Virus record (IMG/VR): IMGVR_UViG_3300050503_000029
Direction: 5' to 3' (one strand)
Length of the DNA stretch: 64,000 bases
Source: a virus
Shown here: positions 51,141 to 58,290 of the stretch, piece by piece
Layout: each line of letters starts with the position of its first letter
Numbering within the stretch: the stretch's first letter is position 1
Position numbers and translations under genes: made by a program
The notes under the pieces: generated by a model
Database searches by the model: none
What the model was told of the DNA's origin: nothing
The model's input: only the letters and a program-made list of their open reading frames with translations

Positions 51141-51290
51141 GTAGCCCTCACTCGTCGTAACGGTTGTGTCGGTGCAGTCTATCAAAGAATGGGCCCAAGA
51201 TCGAGACCGCACAGATTGTCACCGTGAGTGATTCAGACATTTGGGGACGGAACACCGATTCCTGCTGGTCAGGTGCTGTTTTCGAGACGC

Positions 51291-51327
51291 TGTTCCGATC
51301 ATGTTCCGATCGTCGGAACAAGATCAT
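51291..51327. promoter_or_regulatory. operator-like cluster: TGTTCCGATC x2 and palindrome GATCATGTTCCGA-TCG-TCGGAACAAGATC
   Basis: Direct repeats at 51291..51300 and 51303..51312. 7-bp perfect arms GTTCCGA/TCGGAAC at 51304..51320, extendable to 13 bp with 1 mismatch. It shares GATCTTGTTCCGA with 4263..4275. Confidence 0.7.
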
Positions 51328-51546
51328 CTTTCACTCTGCGTAGTCGAAAACGTCCTGACGTGCAGGAATAGAGCCGCAGAGGGCGCATTGACCAGTGTCT
51401 GTTAGGCTGCTCCCTGCGGGAGTCGCGCTCTCGTTGCCCGGCGGAGCCGGTGCGCAACGCGAGGCGATGCGAAGCACAGCATAACAGCTCTGTCAATAGC
51501 GAGTCGGGAACAGATAGGAGGGAACGATGAACACCGATCATGAAAG

Positions 51547-51562
51547 TGTGACGCACGTCACA
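51547..51562. promoter_or_regulatory. perfect CRP/FNR-type palindrome TGTGA-N6-TCACA
   Basis: TGTGACGCACGTCACA (7-bp arms TGTGACG/CGTCACA), about 105 bp upstream of the -35 at 51666. Confidence 0.45.
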
Positions 51563-51665
51563 TCCACTGTGATCATGAGGTTCCGACGCGTGTCGGGCAT
51601 AAGACGAACGCGCGCACGTGAGTAGGACGAGACATGGCTGCCGGGAAGTCGATGGAATGAAGGGT

Positions 51666-51694
51666 TTGACACATCGGCCGAGAGGAGCTAATGT
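51666..51694 (+). promoter_or_regulatory. promoter TTGACA-N17-TAATGT
   Basis: -35 at 51666..51671, -10 at 51689..51694. The downstream TGTCTCCATCGCAGCAACACG resembles the cassette leaders. Confidence 0.6.
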
Positions 51695-51789
51695 TGTCTC
51701 CATCGCAGCAACACGAGGTCACAACGACTCGTGAGAAGCGCCCACCAACTTGCATTAACCAACACACACCCGTGAGAGGGGCCACAGAG

Positions 51790-52518
51790 ATGGCAACGCG
51801 AGGACGCACCCAGGAAGTCGCCGACGAGGTCGAGGAGTTCGAGGAGTTCGAGGAGTTCGAGGACGTCGAGGCCGAGGACGAGGACATCGAGGGCACCGGC
51901 GACGAGCTGGACGACCTGGAGCTGGAGGAGGTCGAGGACGAGGACGAGGAGGAGCCCGTCGAGGAGGCCGCCCCCCAGAAGAAGGGCCGCAAGCCCGCCG
52001 CGAAGAAGGCGCCGGCCGAGAAGAAGAAGCCGGCCAACGCGGTCGAGTTCGGCACCGCCGAGCTCCTGGCCCTCATCGAGAAGGAGCACGGCAAGGCGTA
52101 CGACGGCCGCCAGCTCCGCGTCCTGCTCCGCAAGATGAAGGCCGCCGGCGAGCTGCCGGGCGAGGCCGCGGACGGCAAGCGCTACTCCTTCACCGGCGCC
52201 GACGACCCGCAGGTCCAGGCGATCATCCAGCGCGTCAAGTCCGGCGAGATCGACGAGGCCACGCAGGCCGCCCTCCAGAAGCTCAAGGAGGACGCCGAGA
52301 AGAAGCGGGCCGCGAAGAAGGCGGAGCGCGAGGCGGCCGAGGCCAAGGCCGCGGAGACCGAGGAGGTCACCGAGGACGAGGTCGAGGAGGAGGCCCCGGC
52401 CCCCAAGAAGCCGGCCGCGCGGCGTGCCCCCGCCAAGAAGGCGACCACGACCCGTCGGGCGCCGGCGCGCAAGAAGGCCACCGACGTGGCCGAGGACGAC
52501 GGCGACGACGAGGAGTGA
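51790..52518 (+). CDS. acidic/basic nucleoid-associated-like protein
   Basis: ATG 51790. 242 aa. Acidic N- and C-terminal tracts (EEFEEFEEFEDVEAEDED..., DDGDDEE). Histone-H1/HupB-like tails (KKGRKPAAKKAPAEKKKPA, PAPKKPAARRAPAKKATTTRRAPARKKA). Central module shared with the next two genes. Confidence 0.7.
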   Translation: MATRGRTQEVADEVEEFEEFEEFEDVEAEDEDIEGTGDELDDLELEEVEDEDEEEPVEEAAPQKKGRKPAAKKAPAEKKKPANAVEFGTAELLALIEKEHGKAYDGRQLRVLLRKMKAAGELPGEAADGKRYSFTGADDPQVQAIIQRVKSGEIDEATQAALQKLKEDAEKKRAAKKAEREAAEAKAAETEEVTEDEVEEEAPAPKKPAARRAPAKKATTTRRAPARKKATDVAEDDGDDEE

Positions 52519-52549
52519 CCCTCACCCCCACCGCGTGACTCCTCTCCCG

Positions 52550-52582
52550 GGAACCCCTGGCGCCCCCAGCGTCGGGGGTTCC
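52550..52582 (+). terminator. hairpin GGAACCCC-N17-GGGGTTCC
   Basis: 8-bp perfect arms 32 nt after the stop at 52518. Confidence 0.4.
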
Positions 52583-52610
52583 TCGGTGGATAGACCATGC
52601 TGCGTGCGGG

Positions 52611-52640
52611 TTGACACATGCGGGACCACGGTACTAGACT
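52611..52640 (+). promoter_or_regulatory. promoter TTGACA-N18-TAGACT
   Basis: -35 at 52611..52616, -10 at 52635..52640. The ATG at 52648 follows almost immediately, so the mRNA would be near-leaderless. Confidence 0.5.
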
Positions 52641-52647
52641 CGGAGAC

Positions 52648-53415
52648 ATGAGACGAGATGAAGCCGCGGCGATGATGACCAACCTCCTGGTTGAGAATGG
52701 TCTGTACCAGAAGGGATGGCGGTTCAATTGGATGAACCGTCGTAACACCTACGGTCTTTGCCGCTACGGCCCCAAGCTGGTCCAGCTCTCCGTGATGTTC
52801 GTGGACCACAACGACGAGGACAAGGTCCTCGAAGTGTGCCGGCACGAGGTCGCGCACGCTCTCACCCCCGGCGCCAAGCACGGCTGGGAGTGGCAGATGA
52901 TCGCTCGCCAGTTGGGTGTGGATGACCCGCGTCCCTGCACCACTGCCGCGGAGCTCCCGCCCGCTCGCTACCAGGCGACGTGCCCGTCCTGCACCAAGCT
53001 GTACTCCAAGGCCCGTCCGCCTAAGGTCGGCAATGGCCGCTTCTACTACTGCCCGCCCTGCTGGCGCTCTCGGGGGCACCTGCCGATGGACGAGCGCAAG
53101 GCTGCCGCGGAGCTCACGTACACTGACTCTCTCGCGTCGCACGTCGTGAGTGTCCCGAGAAAGCACGAGAGGGAGCCTGTGAGCGCCGCACAGAGTGCGC
53201 CTAGTGTCTCTCTTCAGTCGTCGTCTGCTGACGTCCCTAACAGCTTCTCAGCGCCCCAGCTTGCAGCCGCCATGAAGATCGACCCGAAGAAGTTCCGCGC
53301 GTGGCTGAGGCGCTGGAGCCTCGCGTCGAACTACCAGGTTGGGCCGGGCGGAGCGTACGCCTTCACCCCCGACCAGGTCGCGGATGTCGTTCGAGCGTGG
53401 AACGCCACCCACTGA
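52648..53415 (+). CDS. SprT-like zinc metalloprotease with zinc ribbon and C-terminal DNA-binding-like module
   Basis: HExxH in VCRHEVAHALTPGAKHGWEW. CPSC...CPPC ribbon. C-terminal FSAPQLAAAMKIDPKKFRAWLRR ... YAFTPDQVADVVRAW. Confidence 0.75.
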   Translation: MRRDEAAAMMTNLLVENGLYQKGWRFNWMNRRNTYGLCRYGPKLVQLSVMFVDHNDEDKVLEVCRHEVAHALTPGAKHGWEWQMIARQLGVDDPRPCTTAAELPPARYQATCPSCTKLYSKARPPKVGNGRFYYCPPCWRSRGHLPMDERKAAAELTYTDSLASHVVSVPRKHEREPVSAAQSAPSVSLQSSSADVPNSFSAPQLAAAMKIDPKKFRAWLRRWSLASNYQVGPGGAYAFTPDQVADVVRAWNATH

Positions 53416-53428
53416 CCGACGCTGACAG

Positions 53429-53460
53429 AGGGGTGTGGGACTGACTCGCTCCACACCCCT
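53429..53460 (+). terminator. terminator hairpin preceded by GCTGACAGAG
   Basis: AGGGGTGTGG-N12-CCACACCCCT, a 10-bp perfect stem. Confidence 0.55.
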
Positions 53461-53480
53461 CGTAACCGAGGGAGAGAGTC

Positions 53481-53693
53481 ATGGCAAAGAGCGGTGCACA
53501 GGTCGCCCGAGATGCCGGCCTGGATCCGAAGGAGTTCCGTCGCTATCTGCGGTCGGTCCCGTCGTGGAACAACCCGGGGACTGGCAAGCGGTACATGTTC
53601 AGCGACCGGGACGAGGCGGCCGCACTCAAGGGGTACAAGGCGTGGAAAGCGGCACGCCAACCCGTCACCCGCACTAAGAAAGTCGAGGGTTGA
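53481..53693 (+). CDS. small protein carrying the shared DPK-FR-LR module
   Basis: 70 aa. SGAQVARDAGLDPKEFRRYLRS ... GKRYMFSDRDEAAALKGYKAW parallels segments in 51790..52518 and 52648..53415. Confidence 0.6.
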   Translation: MAKSGAQVARDAGLDPKEFRRYLRSVPSWNNPGTGKRYMFSDRDEAAALKGYKAWKAARQPVTRTKKVEG

Positions 53694-53719
53694 CAGACAC
53701 ATGTGATGGTCTGTAGTGT
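53690..53719 (+). promoter_or_regulatory. promoter TTGACA-N18-TAGTGT driving the tRNA cluster
   Basis: -35 at 53690..53695, -10 at 53714..53719, followed by TCTTCTCGTCAGTCCGACTGAC (cassette-type leader). Confidence 0.6.
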
Positions 53720-53798
53720 TCTTCTCGTCAGTCCGACTGACGCTCCTTGCCGGTCCCCTGCACTTCCCCCGAGGTGCAGGGGGCTAAGGAGAAGACTT

Positions 53799-53872
53799 GC
53801 CCTCATGGTCTAGAGGCTTAGGACGCTGCCCTCTCAAGGCAGAGGCCGCCGGTTCGAATCCGGCTGGGGGTA
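53799..53872 (+). tRNA. tRNA-Glu (anticodon CTC)
   Basis: Manual fold: acceptor GCCCTCA/TGGGGGT. D arm GTCTAGAGGCTTAGGAC. Anticodon stem CTGCC/GGCAG with loop CTCTCAA. T arm GCCGG-TTCGAAT-CCGGC. Discriminator A, no encoded CCA. Confidence 0.8.
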
Positions 53873-53993
53873 CGGTAGCCCGCTCCTCGGACGGGTGAAG
53901 GGAAGCACGGTCAGAAGGTTATGGGTGGCCGTGCACGGAGTCGGGGTTGAGAAGGGTTTCCCGGATCCACTAATTGCATAGTGTGAGAGTGAG

Positions 53994-54066
53994 GGCGGCA
54001 TACCTCAGTTGGTAGAGGAGTTCCCTTATAAGGTTCCAGTCGCGGGTTCGAGCCCCGCTGCCGCTA
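53994..54066 (+). tRNA. tRNA-like gene, anticodon TAT (Ile2-type), aberrant anticodon stem
   Basis: Acceptor GGCGGCA/TGCCGCT. D arm CCTC-AGTTGGTA-GAGG. T arm GCGGG-TTCGAGC-CCCGC. Loop CTTATAA. The anticodon stem GTTCC/GGTTC has two T:T mismatches. Confidence 0.55.
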
Positions 54067-54440
54067 CTCAGGAGTAGGCACCGATGCCATGAATCAATCC
54101 CCCTGGAAGTGGGGAGCGAATGAGCTAAGGATACTCCGAGAAGACCCTCCGCGGGGTTGCGTCCCTGTTGAGTGGCCATGGTCTGTGAGTCCCGAGTAAC
54201 GCCCTGGGCGAGAGTCCAGCCAGTCTCTGGCATGACGCGATGGCCAACCCCCTAGCTGGTGAGATTTGGTTCCCGCCGCTAGTCGACCGTCCGTGGGTCG
54301 TTGCCTCTTGGGGGAGGTCATGCGATCCACGGGCGGTTTTCGATAGACTCTCGTGGGGCTGGGGGTTGCGTCAACCGACGTGTCCACGGGCCCGGCCCCA
54401 CGAGAATGATTCACCCCCTCCCGAGACGAGTGAGGACTAG

Positions 54441-54572
54441 ATGAGGGCACGTGTACGCGGCGCCATCGTGTCGATGGGCGACCACGACAAGAACGACGAC
54501 GGCGACTCGGACGGCGGCAGCGGGACGACCAACCCGCAGGACGGCGACCACTGGGAAGACGAGGACGACTGA
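54441..54572 (+). CDS. 43-aa acidic mini-protein
   Basis: ATG after GAGTGAGGAC. Very high GC3. MRARVRGAIVSMGDHDKNDDGDSDGGSGTTNPQDGDHWEDEDD. Its stop overlaps the next ATG (ATGA type). Below the track size cut-off. Confidence 0.45.
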   Translation: MRARVRGAIVSMGDHDKNDDGDSDGGSGTTNPQDGDHWEDEDD

Positions 54573-54736
54573 TGTCCACTGACGTCCCCCGCCAGCACGA
54601 CGGCCACGAGGCGGCAACGCCTCCCGAGGCTGACCCGGTGATCCAGCAGGAGACCCGGGAGCACAACCCGGCGGAGCAGGTGCAGCCGCCGGACGCCGAC
54701 GCCGAGGACCTGTACGGACCTCCGCCCGGCATGTAG
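54572..54736 (+). CDS. 54-aa acidic Pro-rich mini-protein
   Basis: MSTDVPRQHDGHEAATPPEADPVIQQETREHNPAEQVQPPDADAEDLYGPPPGM. High GC3. Translationally coupled to the preceding mini-ORF. Confidence 0.45.
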   Translation: MSTDVPRQHDGHEAATPPEADPVIQQETREHNPAEQVQPPDADAEDLYGPPPGM

Positions 54737-54811
54737 TACCGCACGAGGGTGGGCCTCAGCCAAGGTGCTGGGGCTGTTATCTCTGGCAGGTCCCTAAAGC
54801 CTGCCCGCAAG

Positions 54812-54884
54812 CGCCCGTAGCTCAGTTGGCAGAGCAGGGGATTCTTAATCCTCGTGTCACTGGTTCAAGTCCAGTCGGGCGTAC
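54812..54884 (+). tRNA. tRNA-Lys (anticodon CTT)
   Basis: Acceptor GCGCCCG/CGGGCGT. D arm GCTC-AGTTGGCA-GAGC. Anticodon stem GGGGA/TCCTC with loop TTCTTAA. T arm ACTGG-TTCAAGT-CCAGT. Discriminator A. Confidence 0.85.
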
Positions 54885-54887
54885 AAG

Positions 54888-54956
54888 GTCGGGCAGGATT
54901 GGGGAGGCTGCTTCCACTCTATGCCCGGGCGGCTCTCGCCCGCTCCTGCCCGACCG
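54888..54956 (+). terminator. long structured hairpin after tRNA-Lys
   Basis: Perfect 12-bp outer arms GGTCGGGCAGGA / TCCTGCCCGACC (54888..54899 and 54945..54956) enclosing an inner GGGCG/CGCCC stem. Confidence 0.5.
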
Positions 54957-55143
54957 GTAGCCCCTCGTGTCCGCTGTTCGTACGGCAGCGCCGGCGTTAC
55001 GGTTGTCGGAGACCAAGCCGAGTGAAGTCCGACGACACGGGGATTAACGGGAGAGGTTCCCACTAGTGTAGGTCTGTGGGAAGTGAGTGGCCGGGACAGA
55101 CAAATACCGGTCGGCCTCTCCCGTCCTCATGGAAGGATTGGAC

Positions 55144-55788
55144 ATGGTCCTTTTCACACCGGACCAGCACAGGGCGTTCCGCAACGCGGAGCCGTTCCCG
55201 CATCTCGTCGTGGACGGCTTCTGGTCCGACGACGAACTCTCCATGGCGGCAGCCGAGTTCCCCGAGCCGGCGGACCCCAGGTGGAAGACGTACCGCGACC
55301 CCAAGGAGTACGGCAAGCGGTGTATGGATGAGCCCAGCACCTGGTCGAGGGGTGTGGGACAGCTTCTTGCCCACATGGCCTCCGAGGTCTTCTGTGAGTC
55401 CCTGGAAGACCTGACCGGCTTCGCCCCACTCACGGCGGACGCGGTCGGTGGCGGCATGCACATGACCGGCGAGGGTGGCCGGCTGGACATGCACGTGGAC
55501 TTCAACGTCCACCCCGACGGCAAGCGCCACCGCCGGCTCAACGTCCTCACCTTCCTGAACCCCGAGTGGGAGAAGGAGTGGGGAGGTGTCCTGTACCTGG
55601 GACCGAACCGGGACATCGAGGTCCTGCCGGTCTTCAACCGGATGGTGATCTTCGCGTGTTCGGACGAGTCGTGGCACGGGCACCCCGAGCCGATCGTGGG
55701 TGGGCACTGGCGGAAGAGCCTGGCCTGTTACTTCTACACCCCCGTGGCCGAGGAGCTCATCCCCCACACCACCACGTGGTTGACGTGA
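55144..55788 (+). CDS. 2OG-Fe(II) oxygenase (prolyl-4-hydroxylase-like)
   Basis: ATG 55144 after GGAAGGATTGG. HxD in RLDMHVDFN, distal His in ESWHGHPEP, basic residue in WRKSLACYFY. Confidence 0.8.
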   Translation: MVLFTPDQHRAFRNAEPFPHLVVDGFWSDDELSMAAAEFPEPADPRWKTYRDPKEYGKRCMDEPSTWSRGVGQLLAHMASEVFCESLEDLTGFAPLTADAVGGGMHMTGEGGRLDMHVDFNVHPDGKRHRRLNVLTFLNPEWEKEWGGVLYLGPNRDIEVLPVFNRMVIFACSDESWHGHPEPIVGGHWRKSLACYFYTPVAEELIPHTTTWLT

Positions 55789-56483
55789 CGGCGCCGTACC
55801 GAGTGGCGGTGATCCCGACCCGCGACCGCCACCGGATGCTGTTCGACGCGGTGCTCCCCCTCGTCTCGCAGGTCGACCGCGTGATCATCGTGGACAACCG
55901 CTCGGCACCGTACATCTCCCGCCACACGTGGGGCCTCGTGGAGTGGTGGGACGAGGACCTGATCCACGTCATCCCTCACAACGAGGACCCGCCCAACATC
56001 TCTCGCCTGTGGAACCTCGGCCTGGTCGCGGCTCAGCACATGGCGGAGGAAGAGGGCCTGTCGCAGTGGGACGTGGCCGTCCTGAACTCCGACGTGGTCG
56101 TGCCGTACGAGTGGGTGGAGAAGCTGTCCGCGGCGATGCGTTCAACGGACGCTGTCCTCGCGTACCCCGACCAGTTCGGGGGCAGCCAGCGCGTACTCCA
56201 CAAGGTCGCCGAGCCGGTGCCGCTCAACCAGAGGATCACGGGGTACGCCCACATGATCCGCGGTGAGTCGGGTCTCAGGTACGACGAGACCATGGCCTGG
56301 TGGTACTCCGACGACGACCTGGACTGGACGGCTCGCCAGCGCGGCGGAGCTCTCCTCGTGCCGGGGTTGAGTGTGGAACACCGTGACCCGAACGGGTCCA
56401 CGAACGCACGGCCCGAGCTCCAGGAGCAGGCCGGCCGCGACCGCCAGACGTTCATCACCAAGTGGGGAAGGGCACCGCACTAA
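55785..56483 (+). CDS. glycosyltransferase family 2
   Basis: GTG 55785 (GTGA overlap). VAVIPTRDRH N-terminus and DxD-type YSDDDLD. Confidence 0.8.
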   Translation: MTAPYRVAVIPTRDRHRMLFDAVLPLVSQVDRVIIVDNRSAPYISRHTWGLVEWWDEDLIHVIPHNEDPPNISRLWNLGLVAAQHMAEEEGLSQWDVAVLNSDVVVPYEWVEKLSAAMRSTDAVLAYPDQFGGSQRVLHKVAEPVPLNQRITGYAHMIRGESGLRYDETMAWWYSDDDLDWTARQRGGALLVPGLSVEHRDPNGSTNARPELQEQAGRDRQTFITKWGRAPH

Positions 56484-57025
56484 TGCACCTTGAGGCAAGA
56501 GCCGGTCTGGACCGGATGATCGACCACGTCGGCATCGACCGACAGTACCCGTACCGCTGCCTGGACCTGGGCGGGCGGGACATCAACGGTGGCATCCGCG
56601 ACCTCATCCCGAACGGGAAGTGGCAGGGAGTGGACATCGAGGCCGGCCCGGGAGTGGACCTCGTCCGCGACTGCACCATGGGTTGGCTGGACACCCTGCC
56701 GCGGTTCGACATCGTGGTGTGCACGGAGGTCCTGGAGCACGTGGAGAAGTGGCGGGACATCCTCCGCACCTGTGCCCAGGCCCTCGACACGATGGGCAGC
56801 CAGCTCCTGTTCGTGACCGCGGCGTCCACGGGACGACGTGCGCACGGAGCGAGTGGGGCAATGGACCCGGCCCCCGGCGAGTGGTACCGCAACGTGCCGG
56901 CAGAGGACGTGGCCGAGGAGCTGGGCCACCTGTTCAACAACTCCGGCGCGGAGTACAACCCGGTGCCTGGGGACGTGTACGCGTGGGCGACGCTGCCGCG
57001 ATGGGGAGTGGTCAACGGTGAGTAA
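56483..57025 (+). CDS. class I SAM-dependent methyltransferase
   Basis: ATG 56483 overlaps the TAA (TAATG). Motif I RCLDLGGRD, motif II-III IVVCTEVLEHVEKW. Confidence 0.75.
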   Translation: MHLEARAGLDRMIDHVGIDRQYPYRCLDLGGRDINGGIRDLIPNGKWQGVDIEAGPGVDLVRDCTMGWLDTLPRFDIVVCTEVLEHVEKWRDILRTCAQALDTMGSQLLFVTAASTGRRAHGASGAMDPAPGEWYRNVPAEDVAEELGHLFNNSGAEYNPVPGDVYAWATLPRWGVVNGE

Positions 57026-57617
57026 GCCGGAGATCACGGTGGTGGTCCCGTTCCACACCCACCGTGAAGTGAACGGCTACCTCCAGCGTGCGGTTGCCTC
57101 GATCCAGCGTCAGACCATGCCTGACGTCCAGGTGATCGCCATCCGCGACGAGGAGCGGCAGGGGGCGCCGGCCACGCGTCATGCCGGGCTCATGCTCGTG
57201 GACACGCCCTGGGTCGCGTTCCTCGACTCCGACGACGAGATGGACCCGTGCCACCTGGAGCGGATCTACGCGTGCGCCCAGGAGACGGGAGCGGACTACG
57301 TCTACCCGTGGTTCCGTGTGCAGGGCGGGAGCGACCCGTTCCCTCAGTTCTTCGGCCAGCCGTGGGACAACGCCCAGCCGCACCAGACCACAGTGGTGAC
57401 GCTCGTCCGTACTGAGCTGGCCCAGGCCGTCGGCTTCCACGACCCCTCGGGCAAGGGCAACTGGCCGGACGGCCAGCAGTACGGGGAGGACTGGCTGTTC
57501 ACCCTGGGGTGCATGGACAAGGGCGCGAAGATCGTCCACCACCCCGAGCGCACCTGGACGTGGCATCACCACGGGGCCAACTCCTCTGGCATGCCGGGTC
57601 GCGGGGACGCTCGCTAG
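57018..57617 (+). CDS. glycosyltransferase family 2
   Basis: GTG 57018. ITVVVPFHTH N-terminus, DxD in VAFLDSDDEMD. 199 aa. Confidence 0.8.
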   Translation: MSKPEITVVVPFHTHREVNGYLQRAVASIQRQTMPDVQVIAIRDEERQGAPATRHAGLMLVDTPWVAFLDSDDEMDPCHLERIYACAQETGADYVYPWFRVQGGSDPFPQFFGQPWDNAQPHQTTVVTLVRTELAQAVGFHDPSGKGNWPDGQQYGEDWLFTLGCMDKGAKIVHHPERTWTWHHHGANSSGMPGRGDAR

Positions 57618-57623
57618 TCCGCC

Positions 57624-57652
57624 TTGACACGGGGGAGCGCGGGGGATACTGT
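57624..57652 (+). promoter_or_regulatory. cassette promoter TTGACA-N17-TACTGT
   Basis: CGCCTTGACA context, -10 followed by TGTCCTTGTCAGCAAGAC. Confidence 0.55.
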
Positions 57653-57692
57653 TGTCCTTGTCAGCAAGACCGACGAGAGAAGGGCACACAGC

Positions 57693-58016
57693 ATGACCCG
57701 CGCGAACCCGAGTAATACGGACATCGCCCAGCAGTGGGCGGATCGCTACGTCGCCCAGCACGACTACCTCACTCGTGTGTACGCGGCACTGACCAACGAG
57801 TCTGGGCACCAGCTCATGACCACGGACAAGTGCACGGAGTGTGACTACGCCGTGACGGCCGACTACTTCGAGAACAGCGCCCACTGGATCATGTGGGACC
57901 CCCAGAGCCAGACCCACATCGTGGTGATCGGCTGTGAAGGGTACTGGCTGATCAACCCCGCGTCAGTGGGTCTCGACCCTCAGATGTGGTCGGGTATCGA
58001 GGGCGTCAACATCTGA
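57693..58016 (+). CDS. cassette 1 protein (107 aa), hypothetical
   Basis: ATG 57693 after GAGAGAAGGG, inside track ORF 57624..58016. Contains CTEC. Confidence 0.6.
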   Translation: MTRANPSNTDIAQQWADRYVAQHDYLTRVYAALTNESGHQLMTTDKCTECDYAVTADYFENSAHWIMWDPQSQTHIVVIGCEGYWLINPASVGLDPQMWSGIEGVNI

Positions 58017-58032
58017 TCAAGCCCTGACAGAG

Positions 58033-58073
58033 AGAGCGGGAGTCGCGCGACATGAGCGCGTGACTCTCGCTCT
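58033..58073 (+). terminator. cassette terminator
   Basis: Preceded by CCTGACAGAGAG. Stem AGAGCGGGAGTC.../...GACTCTCGCTCT. Followed by TTCGCATG. Confidence 0.55.
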
Positions 58074-58195
58074 TTCGCATGTCTGAGACGTCCTGAGAGC
58101 GCGTCTCACGCTCCTAACGCACTAGCGCGAGTCTCTGTGTCGAGTGCAGCGCGAGAGCGCGTCAGACGCGCGCACAGAGACTTCCTCGCTACGTG

Positions 58196-58224
58196 TTGAC
58201 ATGAGAGCCGGGACCGGGTAGTGT
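58196..58224 (+). promoter_or_regulatory. cassette promoter TTGACA-N17-TAGTGT
   Basis: -10 followed by TCTTCTTGTGAGCAAG. Confidence 0.65.
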
Positions 58225-58290
58225 TCTTCTTGTGAGCAAGCGAGACCGGCTCACAGAGCAAGGATTGTTAACTCAACAGGGAGCGTCACG

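Noticed and set aside
51299-51703. 134-aa reverse ORF, and the 32-codon forward ORF 51527..51625, in the second switch region
   Set aside because: The long ORF has no SD, low GC3 and spans palindromes and promoter elements. The short ORF has a good SD (AGGAGGG) but weak codon bias and contains the CRP-like palindrome. It is left unannotated and mentioned only in a finding.
54067-54440. A fourth tRNA or other structured RNA between the second tRNA and the acidic mini-ORFs
   Set aside because: I found no T-arm (GGTTCGA/GTTCAAG-like) or cloverleaf by eye. A covariance-model search would be needed. Left unassigned.
55065-55070. TAGTGT hexamer upstream of the oxygenase/GT2 operon as a promoter -10
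   Set aside because: No TTGAC/TTGCG-like -35 lies 16-19 nt upstream, so it was not called. The operon's promoter remains unidentified.
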